Shown here: positions 24,836-37,844 of the stretch, piece by piece | How the letters are laid out: every line of letters starts with the position of its first letter | Numbering within the stretch: the first letter of the stretch is position 1 | From: Mobula hypostoma | Lineage: Eukaryota | Direction of reading: 5' to 3' | NCBI RefSeq assembly: GCF_963921235.1 | Contig: NC_086108.1 | Location: forward strand, 66,218,001 to 66,282,000 | Length of the DNA stretch: 64,000 bases | Notes under the pieces: model-generated | Told to the model about the DNA's origin: nothing | Database searches by the model: none | The model's input: the letters and a program-made list of their open reading frames with translations, nothing else | Made by a program: the position numbers and the translations under genes

Positions 24836-27800
24836 GTATGGGCTCATTTCCTTGTGAGTATTTTGTACTGAAGTAGATTTGACTGAAGTTTGTCATTGCA
24901 CTTAATTCTTCATCAGTGACATTTTTACTGAAAGTACATCAATAATAAAACACAATTTCTTTGTTTAACCATAAAATATTTTCCGGGAACATAAATGGAA
25001 AGGCGATTCAATAGGTGGAGAGTTTATAGCTCATCTAGAAAGAAACAAAGCCCTGAGAGAATATTACAGTGTGCAGGTCAAAGTCAAGGGCATTACAATG
25101 TTTATACTGTTTGGGACAGGGTATTCATTGCACTTTAAATGGAACAGTAAGTTGACTTAACATACAATTCAAAGACTGGGAAAAAAGTTTTTCAAGGGCA
25201 GATAGTGTTATGGTTTATTTGTATAGAGGCAACAAGATGTTGTTATGGTCCTGATGCCTTTCAATGAAAAGGATTCAGTCTAAATAGAAACATACCTTTT
25301 TTCTTTGATCTTTTTTAGGAGAGTGTGACCTAATTTAACGGAATAGTCATTAAAACTTGACCTTCAGTGTTTTCTTCTTAAATTATGCCTCTTGGAGAAG
25401 AATGTGTACTGTGAAATGACAGAGATTGAAGCCTAATCTTATTTTATGTTTTCTTTTCCTTTCCATAGAGTCTGCCATCTTTTTAATCTTTGTAATTTGA
25501 ATAATAACTTACATCAAGACAGCTTGAAGCTGGAGGCCCTTCAACTTACTTTGTATGTGTTGATGTGTTGAATAGATCCCTGATTTGTAGCTAGCTGCAA
25601 TGTGTCTCCACATGGAAAATATGTTTCAATTAAGGTAGCATCAAGCCAAAATACCTTGGCTATTTCTGTGTTAGAAAATATCTTGATGTCTAATGGGAAC
25701 ACTGCAGCAAGCTATTCAGATAACCCTTGAGTCGGCACTTTATGTGGTGAGAAAGATCAAAGTGTTAGCATTGAAGCTCATGTTGATAAGGTACAAATGA
25801 AAAGGTGAAAACCAGGAAAACAAGTGAATTTGCATCAAGGGATATCAGGTTCTTTTTGCTTACACAAAATGCGATAAAAACCTTGCTCCTCTTCGCAAAA
25901 AAAAATGTTTTAAATTAAATCTGTGCTCGGGCAAGATCAGCCAGGTAGAGATATTTGGATCAAAAAAATAAATGAGCTCCTGTAGCCCTCAATACCAATT
26001 CAAATTAAATGCCAGCAGAATTTGTATGTGAATTGCCGGAGATTCTAAGTGAATTCTGAAGGTCATAAAACAAACCAAAGTTTATGGATTGGTTAATCAG
26101 TGTGAGTAAAGCATTTGTGGGAAGCGGTGATGAGGTCATTTGTGCTACCTGTGGACTGATGAAAGGTACTGGCAGAGTAAAAGTCAGCAGCACAGCATGG
26201 TGAAGAGAAAGCCTGTAATGGACAAGTGGAGGTAACGTGGATGTGGGGGATGGGAGTGTAGAGAAGGAAAAGCAGAAATGAAAGGAATGGAAAAGATGAA
26301 AAGAAAATCTAAACCATAAAAAGAAACACTTTAACTATCAGCTGTATAAATCCTAATCCAACCACATTGTTTTTCACAGCAGCTTGCTAATGGGACCCTC
26401 CCTCCCACCCCTTGACAATAAATAGCTTCCTCTGCAACTTTTTCTCCCTTCAATTGCACCCATACTGAAGGAGCAACAGGGTTTTATGGTTATCATGCTA
26501 TCAGAATTGCCACCCCTTAACTGCAGGCAGAACTCTTGACGGGACATACTGCAGCCAGCCTGCTGGGTGAAAAAATTAACAGCCACAATGCAAGATTGGC
26601 AGTAAAACATTTTGTCAGAGGACACAAGTTAATGTTTAATTTCAAAATGTCACACCACTCAGGCTCCTGACTATTAGTGAATCTGGCTTGTTAAAAAAAT
26701 GTTGAACATTTAATGCCTTGCCAGTGTTATCACTTTACACAGTCTTAGTGCTGTAATTTGTTAATAAACATCATTAGGGGCATTAAAAGGTCCCCTGGTG
26801 GGAGCTATAGAAGTTAGTTCATTCAGCCTTTTTGCTTTAGTTTGCCAAGATGTACATTGATTATGCCTAACCCTTTGACTGTTGTCTGTCTTCTGTCATT
26901 AAACCTTGAAAAATGCACAGTACGATTAGCTCAACAATTTCAACTGTATTTAACTTGCTCACATTGTCAATGAATGCACAATGGATTGCATTAATGTAAT
27001 CCATGCAAAGCGAGCAACAAATTTCTTTAATGAAAAGTTCATTAGTAAATAAGTAAAATCCATTCTTCAACTATTCTATAGTCAGCTCTATGGCAAGGCA
27101 TGCCTGGGGCTGGTAAATCCTCCTTCAAGTCAAATATGCATTTTCCTGAACAATAAGGAATTGTGGAAGGAAAGGAACCTCTCGGTGTCTTTATTGTAAG
27201 CTTTGTGAAAACATATAATATGCAATCCTTTGTTTGATTTGGTGGAATTTAAATTGACACTCCTATGTGCTGGGCCACTGCACGTATTGCAATTGAAAAC
27301 AGACTGGCAGATTTTCTCAAACCCACCCCAAGTGTCAAAATAAATTAAACATCAATATGGTGTTCAGTTACAATATTGTTTTTTAGATTCACAGCAAATA
27401 CCAAGAGGGTTAGGTAAAAGAATTACAGGCAGATGGGCAGTTTTGATGCACATAGAGACCTGGTCTTTCTTGCTTTTCATGGATGACCTTCTCACAATGC
27501 TTACTCTCTGCTAATTACACTCACATGTAAAGTCTGATTTTGTGGGTCAGCATTTATATCACTAACAATTTGGATACAATCAATCGAAAGCAATAAAGAC
27601 GCTGCAGAGTTTAGGCATATGAATATATGAATTCATTGCTCTGTTAAATATCTCTGTCAGCCCACCCAGTGCACTTTCTACACTGGACTGGAATGGGCAT
27701 TGGTTGAGCTGAGAAACTTCAGTAGGAATAAACTGCCGACCTTTTCACCATTCTGCACATGTTGGCGATATTCTCAGTTGTGTAAAGAGCCAATAAGAAA

Positions 27801-28192
27801 TTCAGTTGTTTTCTTAGTTAATATGCAGTATAAGCCTAGCAGCATGATTCTTGTACATTTTAAAAAATAAATTGACAATTAAATTTTCACAGGACCAATG
27901 AGCATTCTGAAAGCAGAAAACCACCACTGAAAAAAGGTAACTGTTAGCAATTATTCTGCTTATAGAAGTTTTCTGTTATCGAGCCTGCTGAAAATTCCAT
28001 TGCCCAGCAGCAAAAGCTACCTTCTCATGTAGTGTTTTGGTTGCAGACATATGAAAAAGTAGCAAGAGTAGGCCAATCAGTCCCTCAAACTTTCTCCTCC
28101 ATTTGACTATAATTTCAACTCAGCGTTCCTGCCTATCCCTAATAATCTTTCATTGCCTTATTAAGAATCTCTCTCCAGCTCTGCTTTAAAAA

Positions 28193-28620
28193 ATACAATG
28201 AATTCCAGTTAATTGGGACACATCAGGAACAGTACATTTGGCCCAATTAAGCGGCTGCCCCAATTAGCTGAAGTTTCATAGAAATAGTTAAAAAGGTTTA
28301 CATAGAAAACATAGAAAATAGGTGCAGGAGTAGGCCATTCGGCCCTTCGAGCCTGCACTGCCATTCAGTATGATCATGGCTGATCATCCAACTCAGAACC
28401 CCGTGCCAGCCTTCCCCCCATACCCCCGATCCCTTTAGCCACAAGGGCCATATCTAACTCCCTCTTAAATATAGCCAATGAACTGGCCTCAACTGTTTCC
28501 TGTGGCAGAGAATTTCACAGATTCACCACTCTCTGTGTGAAGAGAGTGTTTAAAAAAATACAAGCCACTATTTAACTGAGTAACAAATTATGTATTTAAA
28601 TGAAATATAAAAAAAATTCG
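28193..28620. mobile_element. Tigger/pogo-like DNA transposon end, split by a CR1 tail
   Basis: Terminus tacaatgaattccagttaattgggacac with internal cccaattaa repeats. Only one end seen. Confidence 0.5.
28300..28542 (-). mobile_element. Young 5'-truncated CR1 3' end
   Basis: acatagaaaacatagaaa tail, ggccattcggcccttcgagcc with CpGs retained, cagattcaccactctctgtgtgaag (FTQRVVNL). Confidence 0.9.
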
Positions 28621-28629
28621 AACAGCTGT

Positions 28630-30438
28630 AGCTTCAAACACTCTGTGTTAAGGAGTTGGAACTGGATGAATTCTGGATCATTTGGGAGGCTGAAGGGTTG
28701 ATAGACAGGACATATGGAGAGGCAGTTACACCCAGGAAACTGGGTAACAGTCAGGAAGGGTTATACGCCAGCTGAGAGTACCCCTGTGGCCATCCCCCTC
28801 AACAAAGGTAGACCACTTTGGATCTTGTTGGAGGCAGCAGGGTTGATGACCTAGCTGAGGAATATCACAGCAGTCAGGTCTCTGGCACTGAATCTGGCTC
28901 TGTGACTTAGAAGGGATGTTGGTAGAAGAGGGGAGCTCTGGCGATAAGGAATTCATTTGTTAGTGGAACAGAAAGGAGTTTCTGTGGATGAGAACGAGAT
29001 TCCAAGATAGTATATTGCTTCTGGGGTGCCAGGGTCCAGGACATCTTGGACTGAGTCCTCAGCTTTCTTAAATGGGTGGGTGAGCTGCCAGAGTTCGTGG
29101 TCTATGCACTGTAAGTACCAAAGGCATAGGTAGGAAGAGTAACGAGGTTCTGCAAAGTGAGTTCAAGGAGTTAGTTGAGAAGTTATAAGGCAGGACCTCC
29201 AGGTTTGTAATCTTGGGATTGCGACCCATACCACATGCTAGTGAGACCAGAGATAGGAAGATTATACAGTTTAACACATGGCTAAGGAGTTGGTGTAGGA
29301 GGGAGGGTGTCAGATTTTTGGATCATTAGGCTCTCTTCCAGGGAAGGTGGAAACTGTACAGAAGAGACGGTTTTCACCTGAACTGAAGGGTCTACTGAGA
29401 GGCAAGGTTTGCCAGTGCAGCTCAGCAGGGGTGGGGGGGGGGGGGAGGAGTGGGTAGGTGCTGGTTGAAACTAGAGTTGCAGAGGGATGGGAAACAAAGT
29501 GTCAGAATGGATAATGGAGAGGTTATGGAGGCAGATGCTGTTAAGAGCTCTGACAAAGTCAGGAATCAAAAGGCTGACCACACTGTGACTAATGTCCTGA
29601 GCTGCGTATATTTCAATGCAAGAAATATCATAGAAAAAGCAGGTGAGCTCAGGGCATGGGTAAATATATGGAGTCATGATATTGTAGCCATTAGTTGTAG
29701 AAGGGTCAGGACTGGCATCTCAATATTTCGGGGTTCTACTGTTTTAGATGTGACAGAGCGGGAGGGATTAGAGGAGGAGAAGTGCATTACTAGTCAGGGA
29801 AGATGTCATGGCAGTGCTCAGTCAGGACTGACTCAAGAACTCATCTAGTGAGGCATTATGGGTGGAACTGAGGAATAAGAAAGATATGACCATATTGATG
29901 GGGCTATGTTAGAGAGCACCCAACAATCTGCGGGATTTAGATAAACAGATTTGTAGAGAGATCGCAGACTGTCGCAAGAAAGATGATGTTGTTATAGTAG
30001 GTGTTTTTAACTTTCCACATATTGACAGGGACTTCCATACTGTAAAAGGACTAGATGGGATAGAGCTTGTCAAATGTGTTCAGGAAAGTATCCGTAATAG
30101 GTATGTATAAGTTCCAAAGTGAGAACATGTGATACTTGATCTGCTATTCGGGAATGAGACAGGGTAGGTGACAGTAGTTTGTGTAATGGAACACTTTACA
30201 TCTAGTGATCATAAAGACATTAGATTCAAAGTAAATATAGAAAAAGAGGTAAAATTCTAAACTGGAGAATGGCCAATTTTGATGTTATCAGAAAGGATCT
30301 GGCAAGTGTGGTTTGGGACAGACAGTTTTCTGACAAAGATGTACTTGGTAAGCGGGAGTCCTTCAAAAATGAAATTTTGAGAGTACAAAGCTTGTACGTG
30401 TCTATCATAATAAAAGGTGAAGATAACAGGTTTAGTGA
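28630..30438 (+). mobile_element. CR1 LINE: ORF1 and endonuclease portion, 3'-truncated
   Basis: gagttggaactggatgaa (ELELDE); LSCVYFNARNI; gtggaactgaggaataag; ANFDVIRKDLA. Confidence 0.92.
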
Positions 30439-30449
30439 ATGTAAGTTGA

Positions 30450-30944
30450 TGCTCCTCTACTGTTGCAATGAGGCCATACTCAAGTTGGAGGAGCAACAAC
30501 TTATATTCCATCTGGGTAGCCTGCAACCTCATGGCATGAACATCGATTTCTTGAACTTCTGGTAGCGCCCTCTCCCTCCTTCTCTATTCCCCATCCCCTT
30601 TTCCCTCTCTCACCTAATCTCCTTGCCTGCCCATTGCCTCCCTCTGATGCTCCTCCCCCTTCTTTCTTCCATGGCCTTCTGTCCTCTCCTATTAGATTCC
30701 CCCTTTTCCAGCCCTGTATCTTTTTCACCAATCAACTTCCCAGCTCTTTACTTCACCTCTCCCCACCAATTTCACTTCTCACCTTGTGTTTCTTCCTCCC
30801 CTCACCCCATCTTCTAATTTTGACTCCTCATCTTTTTTTCCCAGTCCTGCTGAAGAGTCTTGGGATGAAACATTGACTGTACTTTTTTCCATAGATACTG
30901 CCTGGCCTGCTGAGTTCCTCCAGCAGTTTATGTGTGTTGCTTGG
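30450..30944 (+). mobile_element. PLE 3' fragment with mutated hammerhead (ctgctga...gaaacatt, ~30843-30878)
   Basis: LKLEEQQLIFHLGSLQPHGMNIDF, CT-rich tract, pLTR tail. Confidence 0.9.
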
Positions 30945-31269
30945 AAAGATACCATTGCAGCTCTTTCTCCAAGCTTCAACTCCTCTCTTGATGTAATTAA
31001 GTATTGAGTATTACTCCAATATTCACAAATGAACTTCCTTCAACAATATTTCATGACTTTTCTGTCAAGTGGGCAATAATTTGAGGAGATGTGTGAGGTC
31101 ATTCATTTCTATCTGAGGGGAAAAAATAATATTTTCTTAATAGTGAATATCCAGCAACCATGGAAAAGAGAAGGAATTCAAGTGAATTTGGCGCGGAAGT
31201 ACAATAAGAAGGAAGGAAGGAACATTGGAACTTACATCAAGAATCCTAGTATAAAAATAAAATTGGCCT

Positions 31270-31675
31270 TATTTGTCATATGTACATTGAAATAGTGAAA
31301 TCATTGCTTGCGTCAATGACCAACTCGGTGTGAAAAATGTGCTGGATTGCTATGCTTCTGGCACCAACAAATCTGTCCAGAACTTACTAACTCTTACTAA
31401 TCCATATGGCTTTGGAATGTGGGAGGAAACTGAAGCACCCAGAGGAACCCTCGCCCCCATCCCCGCGGTCACGGGAGAACGTACAAGATCCTTACATAGC
31501 TTGCCACAACTTACTAACCTTTGTTAATCTTTGGAATGTGGGAGGAAGGCAAGCATGAGGAGGAAATCCACACTGTCACAGGGAGAACAAACTCCTTACA
31601 GACAGCAGTGTGAACTGAACAGCGATCGCTGGTACTGTAAAGTGTTACACTAACTGTTGTGTCACCAGATCACCC
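31270..31675 (-). mobile_element. V-SINE with a tandemly duplicated core
   Basis: Two copies of ctttggaatgtgggaggaa...gtcacgggagaac...ccttaca (~31410-31500 and ~31530-31600). Confidence 0.75.
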
Positions 31676-31699
31676 CTATAATATATTAATGGAAGGAAT

Positions 31700-32245
31700 C
31701 CTACTTGTTATACTGAGATTTATTCAGATGCCAAATAGAGAACTGTGTCCTACTTTGAGCTCTGTGCTTCAGAAGGGAGCTTGGTAGCCTGACAACACAA
31801 CTTCAGTACAATAATACCAGCCTCTAAGAAGCTGAATTGTGAGGCCAAGTTACTTAAATCTTGACTTCTATTCCCTCACCTTTTAGAACGTTGAGGATTG
31901 CTGTGATTGAGGCAAAGAGATTTGGTCAGATAAATAAGAAGTTCCTTGGCTGGGAGAATCCAAAACAAAGAGGCAAAACTTTCAAATTAAAGAGAAGTCA
32001 TTTGGGAATGTAGTTGGAAGGCAGTTTCATCGGAGAAAGGATATTGGAAAGTTGAAAACAACTTCTCATAAATGCAATACATGTCAGGCCAACTGAAATT
32101 TAACAGCAAGAGTTTAATAGATTGTTGTCAGATAAGGACATCAAGGGTAAATTGTTAAATAGTATTATGGGGTAGGTTAGTTATGATCAGTCAGAACTGT
32201 GTTGCAGGCTTGTGGGCTGAACATCCTATTTTTGCTCCAATGTTC
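31700..32245 (+). mobile_element. Ancient CR1 3' fragment
   Basis: gggagaatccaaaacaaagaggcaaaac (GESKTRG) and a decayed 3' UTR ggctgaacatcctatttttgctcc. Confidence 0.55.
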
Positions 32246-32739
32246 CAGTCTAATTCTTCCATTTCCTGAGACACAATAGAGCTATTAAATACCCACATCT
32301 GTTAATTCTTATAGCAAATTCACACAGAATGCCAAAGGCAAAAATAGATAACAGCAAATAATTAAGCTAAGCATTCGGACTGATTTGAACCAGCTCTGAG
32401 GGACAGGGGATAATTTTAACCTTTAGTAACAGTATAAAAAAGGGCAATACCACAGGTGTAATGGGTAGCTGAAGTGGTATCAATCATTTTACACCATCGT
32501 AGGTTAACATTGTACTCGTATTATGCTAAGTTGTGAATCTGTGAAGGCCTGAGCAGAATTAATGCAGTAGTGCCCACTGTAAAGACTTCTGAAAGTATTA
32601 TGACTAGAGCCACAATTACACGATGGTTGATCACACACCTGGCACAGTTATAAAGCTGCTGTCAGTGATGTAACTCTGCAGAGCTCAGTGACAAAGGAAT
32701 TTTACATGTTCAGTTTCTGAGGTATATGAACAGCCTTTA

Positions 32740-35700
32740 GAGTCATAGAATCACAGAACACTACAGCACAGAAACAGGCCCTCTGAACCATCTAGCCTAT
32801 GCCAAACTATTAATCTGCCTAGTCCAATTAACCTGAACTCAGTCCACAGTCCTTCATATACTCTCATCCACGTACCAAATATCTCTTAAATATTGAAAAT
32901 GAACTTGCATCTGCCACTTCTGCTGGCAGCTTGTTCACACGCACATCATCCTCTGAGTGCCATGATCTCTAGTTTTAGTCTCACCCAACCCTAGTGGAAA
33001 ATGCCTGCTTGTATTTACCCTATCTATACCCCTCATAATTTTGTATATCTCTGTTAAATCTCTGCTTATTTTCTTACAATCAAGTGAATAAAGTCCTAAG
33101 TTGTTCAACCTTTCCCTGTAAATCAGGACCTCAAGTCCTGACAACATCCTTGCAAATTTTCTCTGCACCCTTTCAATCCTATTAACATCTTTCCTGTAGG
33201 TAGGTGACCAAAACTGGACACAATACTCTAAATGAGGCCTCACAAACATCTTAAAACAACTTCAACATAACATCTCAACTGCTGCATTTAATATTTTCAT
33301 TTATGAAGATCAATATGCCAAGAGTTTTCCTTACAATTCTATCTACCTGTGACACCATTTTCAAGGAATTATGGGTCTGTATTCCCAGATCTCTTCATTC
33401 TATCACACTCCTTAGTGCCCTACTGTTTATCATGTAAGTACTACCTTGGTTTGTCCTTCCAAAGTCCAGCACCTCACTCTTGTCTGCATTACATTCCATC
33501 TGCCATATTTCAGTCCATTTTTCCAGCTGGTCCAGATCCCACTGTAAGTATTGGCAGCCTTTCTTGATGCCCACAATCTTGGCATCATCCACTAATTTGC
33601 TTATCCAGTTTACTACATTATCATCCAGATTGTTGACAAGTTGACATAGATGACAAACAACAATAGACCCAGCACTGATCGCAGTGGCACACCACTAATC
33701 ATAGGACTCCAGTCAGAGAGGCAACCATCCACTACTACTCTTTGGCTTTTCCCATGAAGTCAATGACTAATCCAATTTACTACCTCATCTTGACTGCCAA
33801 ATGTCTGACCTTCTTGAAAAACCTCCTATGTGGGTTCTTTTTAAGGGCCTTGCTGAGGTCCATATAGACAACATCTAATGCCTTGCTTGAATCCCTGCAC
33901 TTTCTTTACTAGCCTCCCACAGGGTCTGAGAGAATACCATGTCAGGCCCTAGGGATTGTTCCACCTTTATTTGCCTCAAGACAGCAAACACCTTGCCCTC
34001 TGTAATCTGAATAGGGTCCATGACCTCACTGCTGCTTTGTCTCACCTCTATCTGTGTCCATCTCCTAAGTATGTACAGATGCAAAGAATCCTTGAAAGAT
34101 TTCTCCTTTCCCTTTCAGCTCCATGCATAGATGATGATTCTGATCTTTCTGAGGACCATTTTGGTCACCTACCATCTTTTTGTTCTTAATATATCTGTGG
34201 AAGCCCTTGGGATTCTCTTTCTCCTTGTCTGTCAGAGCAATCCTTAGCCTTCTTTCAGTACCTCCTGATTTCCTTCTTGAGTGTCTTCTTGCATTTCTTA
34301 TACTCAAGTACCTCATTTGCTCCATCTTGCCTTTTCCTGCTATGTACCCCCTACTTCTTCTTAACCAGGGCCTCAATGTCTTTTGTAAACCAAGCTTCTC
34401 TGAGCTTGTTATTCTTACTTTTTTATTCTGAAAGGAATATACAAACTCTGTACTCCCAAAATTTCACTTTTGAAGGACTGCCAATTACCAAGTACATCTT
34501 CACATTTGCCATATCTTTCCCACAATCCTGATAGATAAGTTACAGAGCCTGACCTCTGTACCTTCCACTGTAATTGGTTCCTCAACTTCCTAACCGAAAG
34601 ACTGCAATCTGTGCGAATTGGTGATAACATTAGCTCCTAGCTGGCACACCACAGGGATGTGTGCTTAGCCCACTGCTCTGCTTTCTCTATGCCCATGACT
34701 GTGTGGTTAGGTACAGCTCAAATGGCATCAGTAAGTTTGCTGATGACACAACCATTGTTGGTAGATCCTCGGATAGAGATGGGAAGGCATACAGGAGTGA
34801 GATATACCAGCTAGTTGAGTGCTGTTGCAGCAGCAACCTTGTACTCAATGTCAGTAAGACCAAAGAGCTGACTGTAAACTTCAGGAAGGGTGAGATGAGG
34901 GAAAATGAACCAATCCTCATAGAGGGATCAGAAGTGGAGGGAGTGAACCATGTCAAGTTCCTGGGTGTCAGGATTTCTGAGGATCTAACCTGGTCCCAAC
35001 ATATCGATGCAGCTATAAAGAAGGCTATATTTCATAAGGATTTTGAAGAGATTGATTAAGGAAACTTTCCTGAAAGTGTTATACAAACTCTATTAAATCT
35101 AGCCCTTTTATAGTATGGGAGAAGCAGTCAATATTTGGAAAGCTTAAATCATCTGTTATCACAACCTTAAGTTTCTTGCAACAGTCTGCAATATTTCTAG
35201 AAATTTGCTCCTTTAAATCCTGCTGACTGTTTGGTGGTCTATAATATAATCCCATTAACATGGTCATTCCTTTCTCATTCCTCAGTTCCACTCATATAGC
35301 AAGCTCTGCAGTCTCTCCTTTCTGAGCAGTGCAGTGACGTTTTCCCTGACTAGAAATGCCACCCCACGCCTTTAATCCTTCTCGCTCAATCACATCTAAT
35401 ATAACAGAAGCCTGGAACACTGACCTACCAGTCCTGCACCTCCCGCAGCCAAGTCTCACAAATGGCTACAATGTCATAATTCCACATGCTGATCCATGCC
35501 CTAGGCTCACCTGCCTTTCTTACAATATTCGACGCATTGAAATATACACAACTCAGAATATTAATCCCACCATGCTCTACCTTTCAATTCCTGACTTTGT
35601 ATGTAGACTTACAAAATCTTTCCACACAACTACTCCAGGGTGTGCAGCACTAGCAAACATTCCCACAAGGATATTAGTCCCCCCTCCAGTTCAGGTGCAA

Positions 35701-36430
35701 ACCATCCCATCTGTACAGTTTCCACCTTCCTTGGAAGAAAGCACAATGATCCAAAAAATCTAAATCCCTCCTTCCTGAATCATCCCCTTAGCTACATGAT
35801 AAACTGTATCATTTTTCTATTTCTGACCTCACTAGCACATGGTAAAGGTAACAATCCTGAGATCACAACCCTGGAGGTACTATCCCTGAACTTAGCACCC
35901 AACTCCCTGAACTCACCATGCAGGGTCTCATCACCCCTCTTAGCCCTGTCATTGGTACCAACATGGACCATGACTTCTGGCTGTTCACACTCCCATTAAG
36001 AATGCTATGGACTCAATCAAAGATGTCCCTGATCTGGGAGGCAACATAACATACTGGAATCTCATTCTCATCCACAAAACCTCCTGCCTCCTCCCCTAAC
36101 CAATTAATCCCCTATCACTACAGCTTGCTTCTTCTCCCCCCTTTCCTTTTGACCAGAGAGCCAGACTTAGCACCACAGACCTGACCACTGTGGCTTCCCT
36201 CTGCTTGGTCATCCCCACAACAGTCCCCAAAGCGATACATGTTATTGAGGGGAACAGCCACAGTGGTTCTCTGCACCGCCTGCCTATTCCATTTCCACTT
36301 TCTGATGATCACTCATTTCCCTGTGTTCTGCACCTTGGGTGTAACTGCCTTCCTACATTTCCTGTCGATCAACCCTTCTGCTTCCCGAATGATCTGGAGT
36401 TTATCTAGATCCAGCTTTAATTCTTTAATA
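32740..36430 (-). mobile_element. Long decayed CR1 LINE with internal deletion and a Rex/Babar insertion
   Basis: VRPHLEYCVQFWSP, DDAKI, KENPKGFHRYIK, MGLYYRPPNS, ORF1 ELKLDLDKLQIIRE. Tail near 32740. Confidence 0.93.
34525..35055 (+). mobile_element. Rex1/Babar-like RT fragment inserted antisense in CR1
   Basis: PQGCVLSPLL...YAHDC...KFADDTTIVG...LNVSKTKEL...FLGVRISEDLTWS. Confidence 0.92.
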
Positions 36431-37186
36431 TGGCGTCTTTTTAGGAAACACCTCATAGGAACTGTAGCATTTTCTAACATTAAAATGGATGGCAACTCGC
36501 ATTGTAAATGTTGAAGGCGGTCTAATGAACTGCATAAAGCAATAAATAAATGTCATTTTGCCCTGACATCAAGAGCAATCTCAAACTAGAGTGAGGCATC
36601 TCCTGAAGGAAATCCCAATCCTTGCGAATTTAGTATTTTCAGGTCAGATTTGAATCTGACTTCTGAGATAAGGCCTTCATTAATGCACAATGAATTTAAA
36701 TCCATTCAAGGACGTGATTAGCAATATTCTGGAAGAGCTCAACGGGCCATGCAGTTTCTGTGGGAGGAAAGGATCTGTTGATCTTGCAGGTTGAAACCGT
36801 GCATCAGAACTGAGGGTGGAGGGGGGAGATTACCAGCACAAAGAGGAGGACAGCAGTGAAAAAAAGTGAAGTGATAAGTGGACTGAGGAGGTGTGTAAGA
36901 TGACAGGCAGGTAGTGGTAGGTAAGGGTGATGCATGAGGTGGATTTGGAAGACTGTGGCAGGTGAATGATGGACAGAGCCAGACAAGAAGGGAGAGGATA
37001 AAGAATAAAAACACATGGAGCAACGTGGAGGGAAGGAATTGTGAAGATAGGAGGCAGCTGCTGGAGGTAGATTAGGAGGAACACAAAGCTTACCAGGGCT
37101 GGCTTCCAGAGAAGTAAAGAAGGTGAGGGTGGGAACCATTAGGTTTGTCCATCATCATCGATGAAGACCTTGACACCATTAGTGCT

Positions 37187-37325
37187 TTTTTACGAGGTTG
37201 AGTTGCTAGCTCAACACTCAACCCAGCATGGATGGAAAGTGTGCCCGGGAGCGGTCCGACTAGATTCAAACTTGGGAATCTTCGCTCCAGAGTCTGGTGC
37301 AGATGTCACTGCACCACCAGCAGGC
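37187..37325 (-). mobile_element. Nested tRNA-derived SINE head, same family as 40907-41160
   Basis: Minus strand gcctgctggtggtgcagtgacatc (A box) and aagtttgaatc (B box), then catccatgctgggtt. Confidence 0.75.
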
Positions 37326-37652
37326 TTGATGGTGTCGAGACTAGTGCTTGATTTGGATTTAAGTGAGGGAGAGTTGCGCAGCATCAGCCTTACACTCTCT
37401 TCCCAATTCCCATCTGGATCCAGTGGCAAGACAAGAGTCGAGACGGCTGGAGATAGGACTAGGTGCAGTGGATGACCAGGACGTTTTCCGTGTCTTGTCG
37501 TGCTCTACACATTCCACGACGCTTGCAGAGACTGTCTTCTTGACCGTTAGACCTTCCATTGGTCTCGTCCGCTCAATCCACCGGAGTCTGTCTTCACATG
37601 CTGAGATAGACAACTCCCTATCTCACTGAGGGTTTGAGACCCATCGGCTCCC

Positions 37653-37844
37653 CTCACCTGGTTTAGTCGGCTTGTTGAAGCTGTTGCCCGGGGTGTGGCC
37701 GCTGTCACATGCAAACAGCTACAAGGAGCCACAGGTGAGAGCTGAGTACCAGGTGGGGACCAAAGGTGGACTAACTGCCCTGAAAAGGACGCAATATGTT
37801 CCCCCACCAGAGGTGCTACCCCTCCCTGACACCCCATACACTCC
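37653..37844 (-). ncRNA. Candidate HDV-like self-cleaving ribozyme at the element 5' end
   Basis: Manual fold: P1 GGGGTGT/ACACCCC, P2 CTCACCTG/CAGGTGAG, P3 GGC/GCC, L3 starting TCCTTG, GG after P1, P4 GCTT/AAGC, J4/2 aCtaa. Confidence 0.6.

Noticed and set aside
29425..29460. G-run as a functional G-quadruplex
   Set aside because: Homopolymer expansion inside CR1. Similar runs at ~9318, ~18400 and ~42453 are simple slippage or the Gypsy PPT.
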